From contig JAVKOQ020000085.1 of NCBI GenBank assembly GCA_031835245.2, forward strand, positions 1-64,000: a stretch of DNA of 64,000 bases, read 5' to 3'. Shown one piece after another: positions 49,521 to 59,592 of the stretch. The position numbers and the translations under genes are program-made. The stretch is from Balamuthia mandrillaris (Eukaryota). Under the pieces are notes generated by a model, which saw only the letters and a list, made by a program, of their open reading frames with translations, made no database searches and was not told the origin of the DNA. Positions within the stretch are counted from its first letter, which is position 1. Every line of letters starts with the position of its first letter.

Positions 49521-51041
49521 ATGTGGGTTGGTTCAAGGGCCGTATGGCTCGTCGTCGTGGTCTGTGTTGTCCTTGGAAAAACGGTGGCATCGGTGCACAC
49601 GCTCACTCATCTCAACTTTGAGAAGTTGGTGAAAGGAGCAGACACTTTTCTTGTCCTGTTCATGAACGTTGGTTAGTAGTTTGTTAGGGAGTGAGCAGCT
49701 TTGGTAGGAGCAGAAAGCGAACAATACTCACCTCAAGCGTTACAGATAAAGCGTCGAAAGAGCCAGTAGAAGAGGAAAGCAAGTTACTTCTCCCGGAATT
49801 CAACGCTGCATCGCAGAGCCTTTCAACGGCTGACTCTCGGTACCAGTTTGGCGTTGTGGACTGCGCAGAGTACGCACCTGTCTGCAAGTTTTTCAGCATC
49901 AAGTCTTTTCCTTCTCTTTTCTTGTTCCAGTTACGTAACTCAGCAAAAATACTCTGTGCGAGCCTTGCAGGTTTTTTCTAACAGCAAGCTCTTTTTCTCT
50001 CTCATTACAGCGATGGAATGCCTGTCATACGGAATAACTATTTCAGCGGCAGGACCAAAGATGCCATAGTCAATTATTTAACCACGTACGAAAGTTACTT
50101 GCTTTGTGATTCTATGTTTCTTCTAACCTTTGAAACTTGTTGTCTCTCCTCCGTCTCGTTCTCACTTCGCGTTCGTTTGTTTACGAAGGTTTGCTTTTGA
50201 AGGCAACGTCATGAAGCCAGTAGAATCGCCTCCTCCCGAACCAACGAAACAAACTACGGTGAACGTGGCTGAACAAATGCGAGATGCCATCATGCAACAA
50301 ATGATGTCTCCAGCTCCTTCTTCTTCCTCTTCTTCACTCTCCTTCTCCACTGTCTCTGCCTCCACTGCTGCCAATCAACAGCAACACCAGAAGGTGATGA
50401 AGCAAATGGAGGAGCAGCGACGACTGGCGGAGGAGCAGAAGAGAGAGGCGGAGGAGAGGGCGCGATGGACACCCGAGCAGAGAAGAAAAGCCCGGAACAA
50501 GGAGCGCAAGGAGAGAAATGCGCTGCTGCGGTTGGTAGCTGAGATGGATGAGGAGGGGAAGGCTCGCATAGAAGAGAAGCCAAAGTTAAGGACTGCTATG
50601 GAGCAGTTCAAAACCAAAAATGCAAAGACTAAGGCGATGCAGATGGAAGAAGCAACAAAGGGAGAAGAAAGTGGTGCAGGTGGTGGAGGTAGAAGTGGAA
50701 GAAGACATGTTGATGGAAGAAGAGGAACGAATGAAGACCAGTCGACAACGACGGCAACAACAACGAAGAAGACGTTGAGTGAGGCAGAGTTGGAAGTGCT
50801 TCGCAAGATGAAGAAGGAGGGGCAGAGAGCGGCGATGAGGGCAGAGTTTGAGCAGACAGTGAAGCCTAAGCTGCCCAGCAGAGGGCCTGTGAAAGTCATC
50901 GACAAGAAACCACCAACACAACAGCGTAACAACATCAACAACGACACAAGAGGAAACAAGAAGCAGGCGATAGCCATAACAACAGCTCAACAAAGTGAGC
51001 CTATGGGCTTTGGAGGAGGAGAAGCTCGTCACCTGTTTTAA
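49521..51041 (+). CDS. Signal-peptide protein with a thioredoxin/PDI-like fold lacking CxxC, plus a charged coiled-coil tail
   Basis: VHTLTHLNFEKLV...FLVLF, LLPEFNAAS, FGVVDC...VCKFFSIKSFPSLFLF, Y.GRTKDAIVNYL; 4 exons. Confidence 0.75.
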
Positions 51042-51089
51042 AAAAAATGAGAAACGAAGATAACGTTTTTCGGTTCTAGTTATATTGTT

Positions 51090-51257
51090 TCACGAGGAAG
51101 AAGGAGGAGGAGGAGGATTGGGAGTGGATGGGACAGAAGCAGAGGAAGAAGGAGGAGCAGATGGTTGTTGCTGTTGCTGTTGTTGTTTTAGTTGCTGTAG
51201 CAGCTGCCGAGCCTACGATGGATCAACAAAGTGAGTTTTTTTTTTCTCACGGGGGGT

Positions 51258-51288
<31 letters not shown>

Positions 51289-51549
51289 CCAGTGCGATGA
51301 TTCGTACCACTTGTTTCTGTTCTTCTTTTGTCGCCTCTTTTGTGATTAAACCCAACTCGATCAGCTTTTGCCGTTCCACATGAGACCTGTTGTGCAGACG
51401 GTAAGCACAGGAAACCACGCGATCCAACAACAACAACAACAACAACAAACAAAGTACTTTTGCAGCTCTTGCACAATGGGTTTAAACACAAAGTATCCGG
51501 TGGCCACTCCGAGCCCACCCACTACCGCCACGTCCAGCAGGCGACCCAT
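51090..51549 (-). CDS. Small single-TM protein (~95 aa), PIGBOS1-like N-terminus; 3 exons
   Basis: GT-AG splicing gives MGRLLDVAVVGGLGVATGYFVFKPIVQELQK|SHVERQKLIELGLITKEATKEEQKQV|ARQLLQQLKQQ... Confidence 0.7.
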
Positions 51550-52162
51550 TCCTTCGCGAGTGCTACGTTTTTTTTGTGTTTGTGCCATGTTCTAAATCGT
51601 GACGACATGAAAGCTGATGATGAATTCTCGTGTCGTCACGGATGGATACCAAATGAAAGCTGGTGCCACTGCAGGTTCACTGTCGACAGTTCTAGGGATT
51701 CTCTGATGCTACAACACCGTTAGATGGCCTTTTTTTTTTTTTTTTTTTTTTTTTCGGTTTGTTGCGCTTCCATCTCCTTGTAGAAGATGAATGAACCTCT
51801 GTGACGATCATGAACGCGTTTGAAGTTTCCCTAACCTTGAGTAATGTGTGTTGATACAAAGACAGCAATACACAATTAACGAAAGCAAAAGAGCAATATT
51901 AATATAACAATAAACTCATTCTTAGTAAGGGTCAGCCGCGGGTGTATTGATTTAATTTTGGGTTCGACTTGAAAACGAATGGAGCGCAGTTTGGTGGTCC
52001 AAGTTTAGCCAATCAATATGAGAGGAAGGTAAGCTCCGACACTCCCCAAATTGCTTTCATTTTATCACAATTATTCTCTGGTTATAAATAACTGTCTTTC
52101 CTCCTTACTTCCACAGTTTTTTTTTCAAGCCAACACAACCCATAAGCTCCCTACCAACAAAG

Positions 52163-52891
52163 ATGAACAACCCCTTGCTTTCCCTCTCCATCTTGCTTCT
52201 TGCCATCACAACAACGTCTCCCTTTCTCCTTCTTCATCTTCCGACAGCCTCCGCTGAATCCTGCTACCGTAACACCACACTCCGAGGCGTAGGCACCATC
52301 CCCAACACTTGTGGCCAAGGTTTGGAGTCTGACGGCGGACAGCTCTGCTACCCCCTCTGCAACCCAGGCTACACCGGCGTGGGTCCCGTTTGCTACCAAC
52401 AATGCGATACCAGCACCCATGTTGACACAGGGCTCTTCTGCCAGGCACGCTTTGGTTCTGGAGCCAATACCTTCCCCAAAGACACCTACACTCGAGCGCC
52501 GCACACCATGTCCTGCCCGTCGGGCAAAGACAAGCAAGCTGGCCTCTGCTATCGCTCCTGTCCTCCAGGATTTGCTCAAGAGGGACCCGTCTGCTGGCAG
52601 CCTTGTCCCGCTGATTCTCCACATCCATGCGGGGTGGCCTGCACGGAAAGCGAGGGCGCTTGCGTCAAGGAGATCCTTGACGTCACCGCCACGATCCTCA
52701 AGTTGATTGCGGAGGGCATCAGTTGTGGCTCTGGCGACTTGGGCGGTTGTGGTGGATTGGTTGGGGAGGCCGGAGGGTTGATAGAGCAGCTGAACATGTT
52801 GATTTGTGAGCAAGCTATTGTGGAGGACGGACCTGATGATGCCGAAAGGGCAGGGGGTTCAAGGAGCGTCCCGTCTCTTTTCTTCATGTGA
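52163..52891 (+). CDS. Secreted cysteine-rich repeat protein, intronless
   Basis: Signal peptide; two repeats of C..G.(E/D)..G.LCY..C.PG(Y/F)...GPVC(Y/W)Q.C; TATA-like 'tataaata' near 52083. Confidence 0.85.
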   Translation: MNNPLLSLSILLLAITTTSPFLLLHLPTASAESCYRNTTLRGVGTIPNTCGQGLESDGGQLCYPLCNPGYTGVGPVCYQQCDTSTHVDTGLFCQARFGSGANTFPKDTYTRAPHTMSCPSGKDKQAGLCYRSCPPGFAQEGPVCWQPCPADSPHPCGVACTESEGACVKEILDVTATILKLIAEGISCGSGDLGGCGGLVGEAGGLIEQLNMLICEQAIVEDGPDDAERAGGSRSVPSLFFM

Positions 52892-52956
52892 AAGTTTTTT
52901 GTTTTTTGTTAGTATTGTAAACAGAGAAAGTATTATCTTACTCGCTGCACTCAAAG

Positions 52957-52996
<40 letters not shown>

Positions 52997-52998
<2 letters not shown>

Positions 52999-55742
52999 AA
53001 GAACAATGAGAATCATTGTTAGTGTACGCAGTATTACAGCCAGAGAAGTGATGATGGAACAAGACGTCCAAGAACCTCAACTCGTAAAAATCATCGGAGT
53101 AGGCTACAGAACCTCCACAATAACCACCATAAAAGAATGCGGAGGCTACACAGTGCTCATTCCTTTCTGGTATTTCCTCCCCGTTTCCAAGGTCTTCCTC
53201 TTCCTCTTCTTCCTCTTCTTCTTCTGCTGCTTCTTCTTCCTCTATAACCAAGGCTGTCAGTATTCCTGCGTCGTGCTCATCAAAGCGCGATGTCAGGAGT
53301 GCCAGTTCCGCATCCTCCTCCTCCCCCTCCTCCTCTTCTTCTTCCTCCTCTACTTTTCTAGGTTCGTTTTCTTCTTGTAGTTCTTTCTCTTTAGTGTCGG
53401 CTGAAGGTTCAGATGAAGAGACATAATTTTGACGTTGTTGCGGGAGATTGGATAGATCGTGAATAACAACGCTAACAGCACCCATGTCCCGTATGAACTT
53501 GTTCTCCAGATTTAAACGATGAGTAAACTTGTGCCACACCAGAGATACTGTTTTTAAAATTTGAGTTAAGAAGGAGAAGAAAGAAGAAAAAAGAAGAAAG
53601 TAGAAGGATAGAAGAAGGGCAGAGAAATGAGAGGGTACTTGTGTCCAAGTAGTAAAAGTCCTCAGAGAGTTCAACATTGGATCCTGTGGTTTGTCCTCCA
53701 GCAACGAAGAGATAGTTACCCAACACGAAAAAGAAAGGATAGCACAAGCGCGGTACTTCGCCTTTGACCTCGGGTTGGTACCAATGTCCTCCCTCTAATA
53801 ACGTTGTAGGGAAGGAAAAAAAATAAAAAACAAGAAAAGAAAAAGGACAACAAAGAAAACACTTAATACCTGTATCAAAGACCCAAAAGTCATGCAGCTG
53901 CTGTATCCATCGAGGTTGTTGGAAGGACCAAACGCCGCCGCCAAAGAGAAAGAGGCGATGACCAACGCCCACCATCTTGTGGCCGATCCTTGGGGCAGGA
54001 TAGTGCCAGGGAAAAAGGTCTTCCGTTAAAGTGGAGGAATAAACAGAGGTCGAAAGAGGAGGAATGTCGGGCAACGAAAGAGCAGAAGGTGGATATGAAG
54101 GCCCACAAGGAGATGAAGATGACGAAGATGATGATGATGAAGAACAAAGTGGTGACGAGTCTGGAGGGGAGGAAGATAATGGGTAGGAATTTGTATCAGA
54201 GGAAGGTGGGATAGAGGTGGACGGAGAAGAAGAAGAGGAATTGGCGATGAAAGGCCGCATATGTTCAGGATAGATGGAAAGGTAGTCATCAGGAGCGTGA
54301 CAAATAGAGCCCAATTGACGCCAAGACCATGTTTCTGTGTCTAATACATACATATCTCCTATGTGAGGTGGAGTATTTACCAGTGTTAAAGAACAGTGGT
54401 TAGATCAAATATGATAAAATAGAGAAACGAAAAAAAGAGGTACCAAGAACAGTGTATTGTTGGTCTTTTTCTTCTCCTTTGTGACGAAGACCTCCGAATA
54501 TGTACATCTTGTTACCAACGGTAGCGGCCGTATGATTGGAACGGGGTGGAGGAACATCACCGCTCACTAACGGTTGCCACCAAATATTCTCCACTGGTGA
54601 AAAGAGATGCCAGAAAAATGCAGAGTTGTGTAAACAGACGAAAATCAAACAAACAAAAGAAGCATGAAATGGAAGAAGAACAGAGAAGAGACGTACCAGT
54701 ATCGAATACAAAGATGTCGTAAAAGTTAGAAATGCCGTCATACCCTCCGTACACAAGAATGTTGTGTCCGATTGCAACGGCTGTATGTCGAGCCAAGAAT
54801 GGTACCTCGGCATTCTGTTCCTTTGGCTCTATCTTTGTCCATACGGACGTGTCTACATCAGGAATTTCAGGTTTAGCTTCTCTTCTCTCTTCTCTCTCCA
54901 GCCAAACAAAACATACCAGCATCAAAGCAGTAAATATCGTTGAGACGAAAAGGCTCAATGTATTCTCCTCCTATGAAATAGATCTTGGAGCCCACGGTGG
55001 TGGCTGTGTGCGAGTAACGTGCTTTTGGGTGACAACCTTTCTTGGTTCGTCGCGGGATCCACTGCAACGCACCTTGGAACAAAACGGTAAAAGGAAAGGA
55101 TTGCAGGTGAGGAGAAGTGTTGCCGGCAAGCAAAAAAAAAAAAGCAAGAAAAAGTGGCAGAGCAGAGAGAATTAGAGAAGAGAACAAACCAGGTCGCTCA
55201 AATGTTAGTCGTTCCCTGGTGTAGGCCTTCCAGTCGATCGTTCTCAACGCCACTTTATGTTTGTTCACTTTGGCATGCCCCACCAACGAAAAAGGTTGAT
55301 GCTCCGGTTTAACGGCACTCTCTCCCCGATCGCTTCCTTCCTCGCTCTCACCTGCAACAGCGGAAGCATTGGCTGTAACTGCCTGTTGTTGCTGCCTGTG
55401 CACCAGATCCTCATCCGCCTTGGCCCACAGTCGCTCTGCCAGGGTGCCCCACAGCAAGTTCTCCGAGCACAAGGCATGCAGCCTCCTGCTGGCCAAAGCA
55501 ACGGCCCACACGTCCGCAAGAGAGACGTGCAGCAGCACCTGCAGGGCCAGCTCCTCGGGCAGGTCGGAGAAGGGAAAGAAGGTTTCCCTTTGTTGTTGTT
55601 GTTGCGGCGTGACTACAGCGGTGGTCGTTGAAGCAGCAGCAGCGTTTGCATCGACGGCGTACGTGGGGCAACGAGGATCCTCAGCTTCACAGAGTTCCAG
55701 TTCATCAGAGCGTCCGGTGGCGCTCTCGCCCTCTCCTTCCAT
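52997..55742 (-). CDS. F-box + kelch-repeat protein
   Basis: F-box FSDLPEELALQVLLHVS...LCSENLLW; kelch blades ARYSHTAT..IYFIGG, ARHTA..ILVYGGY, PRSNHTAA..MYIFGG, PRIGH..LFLFGG, LFVAGG, FFYGG. Confidence 0.9.
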
Positions 55743-55982
55743 CTGGATGCCTTTCTTCTTTTTTTTTATTTTTTCTCCCGGCGCACCGTCAGTTCGACTC
55801 CTGGCAATGACAATCAGATTTTTGAAAGGTGAACGATAGCTGCAGAAATTGTCGTCGCTCCATGTCTATCCATTTTTTCGAAAATTTTAAATTTTTCCTG
55901 GAATAATGAAATTATGAACTGAATAAATAATACACAAAATAGAAAAAAAAAATGATAAAGTACCGGCCGTGAACGCGAGGAG

Positions 55983-56977
55983 ATGAACAGGGCGGAGAAA
56001 CGCAAGACGAAAGAGTCGCAGAGCAAGGAGGAGCTGCTGTTGGAGCTGGAAAGCCTGGAGACCGAGAATCGGGAGCTCCGCGCTCAACTCAGCAAAGCGC
56101 TGCACGAAAAGGACTTGTTGCTTTCCATGTGGCGCAAAGAGAAGGAGGAGCGAACGAAACGCTCTCCCGTGGTACCGTTTTCTCTCTCCTTGCTTTTTTG
56201 GTTTTTCTTCTTCTTTTTAACTTTGTTGGTTCCTCTCATCAGAAACAACAAACGCCACAGCAAGCCGTGTCGACAAGAATTGGCATCAAGCAAGAGACAC
56301 AAGAAGAAGAATCGGATGAACTCCTCTTTTCTCTCCCCCCTCCCAAAGAACAAGAGCAAGAAAAAGAAAAAGAGAAAGAGAAAGAGAAGGAGAAGGAAAC
56401 AACTAGCCCGGTGGAGCGAAAGAAAGTAATCGCTGTTCAACGAGAAGAAGCGACGTCGTGTGTTTTGACCACCGGAAAAAGACGAACAAGACTTCCTCTC
56501 TTTGAACAGCAACCACAACAGCAGCAACTACAAAGTCCCGCGAAGCGACTCAAAAAACTTTCCACCTATTCTCCTTCTTCTACTTCATCATCATCTTCAC
56601 GAAAACGAACAACAAAAACAAAAGCGAGCCCTTCCAAACTTCTCTTTCCAGAACTCATTCCATCTTCCCCTCCTTCCTCCTCGCCTTCTTCATCTTCTTC
56701 ACCGTCTCCTCGTAAAATGAACAAAGAATACGTTTGTAGGGACTGCAAGCGGATCTTTTGCCGAAGAGGTGATAGAGGTATGTCTTTTTTTTTATTATTA
56801 TTATTCCTCTTTTTAAAAAATTGCATACTAAAACTTTTGTTACAAAAAAACAAAAAACAAAAAACAAAAAACAAAAACAAAAACAAAAATAATAAAGATA
56901 ATCATGAACAGTTATGTGGTCATACAAAATGGAGAGATGGCAAATCCCTCCAGCTCGGCTTCATCGCTTTTGGTTGA
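55983..56977 (+). CDS. Coiled-coil protein with a C-terminal C2HC-type zinc finger
   Basis: N-terminal heptads LELESLETENRELRAQL; spliced YVCRDCKRIFCRRGDR|DNHEQLC. Confidence 0.7.
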
Positions 56978-57119
56978 TGTAACTTTCTCTTCCTTCTTTA
57001 CTTTGGTCTGCTGTGAAAAGATCTTCTTTCTTCGTAGAACATTTTTTGCTTGTTCTTCTTTCTTTCTTTCGGTCATTGTTATTCGTTCTTCCTTTGTCTT
57101 TCTTGCTTGTTTGCCATCT

Positions 57120-59274
57120 TCACTCTTCGGGATGAAGGAAAGAAGTAGAAGGCGGAGGAGAAGGAGGAATCAGCGGATGAAACGAAACATCAAAAACAGA
57201 AGAAGCGGCCGATGACATTGTTGAAGAATAGTTGTTTGCAAGATACAGCAAATCTTCGACCGAAGCAGAAGTAGGAATAGAAGCGGATGGTGTTGCGGTT
57301 TGTTGCACTTGTTCTTGTTCTTCCATCATGGTCATTAACGGTGACGAAGAATAGGAAGATGGATCTGATGAAGAAGATGAAGAGAAAAGAGGCGAAGAAG
57401 AAGATGATGATGAAGGAGAAGAATACATTTGAACAGGAGGAGGAGCAAAGTAAGAAGAGGATAATGATGGTTGTTGTGGTTCGTCTACGGCAGAAAATAT
57501 GGGAGACCCAGAGGGCGGAGGATGAACAGGACGTAACGTTTTCTCTTCCACAGTTAAAATGGTCCATTGAGGAGCTCCACCCTCGTCTAGAAAACGTTGA
57601 ACAAGAATGTTCATCGCGAGCACCATGTGTTGCTGTGCAGAAGCAGAAGAAGAGGGATGCGGAGAGATCGAGATGGAGAACTTGAGCTCGTGTGAGTCCG
57701 GCTTCTTCGTAAAGTCCACTTTTTCGATGTGCAGCTTGGCGTCTGCGTTGTTGGAGCGAGTCAACAGTTTACGAATGAATGAAGCTGGTGTATCTATTAA
57801 ATCCTCCTGTTGTTGTTTGTGTTAGTTTTAAACAATAAGTCAGGAACAAAACAAAAAGAAGAAGAAACAAACCGGATGTTTTCCAAAGATAGAACAAAAC
57901 GCTCTGTTCAAGGAGACGATGGCATTGTCTGTCTGCGAGAACTCCGCCTTCACGATCGCAAATGGCTTTTGCCGAATGCGTTGCTGCACGACTAGGACCC
58001 AACCCGGCAACGTGTGACGATTTGAGGTAAAAATAGCCGAAGCAGAAGACAAAGAGGAAGAAGAGGAGGAAGAAGAAGAAGTGGAAGAAGAGGAATCGGT
58101 TAAGGTTGGCAAATAAGGCGGAAACGCTGATTGTTGATGCGGTTGAGGAGGAGAGAAAGGAAACGGAAGAGGAATGTCGCATGAGTAGGAAGGAAAGTTG
58201 TTGTTGTTGTGGATGTTGAAAGAAGAGGAGTAAAGCAAAGAGAGAGGAGAAGGAGGAGGGGAAGTAGAGCAGCAAACATCCACCGTTACCGAAGAGGAAG
58301 AAGAAGAAGCAGGATAGTTTATGATAGAGGAAGAATGAGGAGAAGAGGTTTCGGCGTTGAGAGAAGAAGGCGAATAAGAAGAATAAGAAGAGGAGTGGGG
58401 CGAGTATTTTGCCGTCGGAGGGGATATCGTCTGTCTGAGCGCGTCGATGTCGGTTTGCGTTTTCAAGAGAAGTCCGCGCAGTCCGTCCATGTCGTTGCGG
58501 ATCTCCTCCATGTGGGTCTTCATCATCGCACGAATGGCGGCCAACAGATGGTGTTCCTCTTCGTCTTCTTCCTCTTCTTCTCCCTCAAAACTAGCAGCTC
58601 TTTTGTTCCTCTTGTTGAACCTCCCTCCCCTCTCATTGTTGGTGGTGCCGTGACAGTTGCCACAACAACAATAAGGACCGAACGGAGGAGGAGCAGAAGA
58701 GCTGGCAGCGGAAGAAAAGCTTTGTTCTGGCGGTGGTTGTTGTTCTTCATAGTCTGCTTCGCGCTCTTTTCCTTGTAGCCTCTCTTCCTTTCCCCTTTTT
58801 GGTTGTGCTCTTCTCCCCTCATAAGAAGAAGAAGAAGAAGAGGGAGAAGGAGTAAAAGGAGGGTAATGATGAAACGATGGTTGTGGCTGTGGTTGTGGAG
58901 GTGGAGGTGGCTGCGGAGTGAAGTTTTTGTTGTGCACAGCAAGGTTTTTGTTTGTTGTGGGGAAAGTGGGCTGCGACGGAGTTGCCGGGGAGAAGGAGAA
59001 CGAAGGGGTGGAGGTGACGTTGGTGAGAGGGTCGATGGAGATGTGACTGCCGTCCATGGAAAAGGAGACCGGTTTGCGGCCACGTTTGCGCACGGCGGCG
59101 TCGCGACAGGTGTGAGCCCTCCCGGTGCTCACGCATCGCTTGCACGGTCGTCCTGTAACGCGTTACATACAAATATTTAATACGATCAAAACAAGAGAAA
59201 GAAAAATAAAGAGGAAGGGACAAACCAGAGTCGCACGCGGTGTGCGATTCTCTGCAGTTGGAACAGGAAACCAT
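57120..59274 (-). CDS. Zn(II)2Cys6 binuclear-cluster transcription factor with a PAS-like segment
   Basis: Spliced N-terminus CSNCRESHTACDS|GRPCKRCVSTGRAHTCRDAAVRKRGRK (C-x2-C-x6-C-x5-C-x2-C-x8-C); a coiled coil; NRAFCSIFGKHP|EDLI. Confidence 0.85.
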
Positions 59275-59592
59275 GGTCCGGTAGGGGGATGGTCGGTTGG
59301 CTTTGGTGTTTCTCTCTCGCTCTTGTGTGGTGGTCTCCCAAGTTTATTTATGATAAACAATAAAAAAAAAAAAGAATAGACAGGATTGAAATTTTTTTTG
59401 TACGTTTGTTTTTTTTAGCCGATCTACCAATGGAAATCAATAGTTGCTTTGTAATCTACCAACCAAAATCAATGGTTCCTTAATGAAATTAACTATTAAA
59501 GAGCTAATCAACCGAAATATTTTTCGCTTTTTAGAAATTTATATCTTTATTTGGATGTTTTATCCAGCAACGAGATTTTTTTTGTTGTTTAT

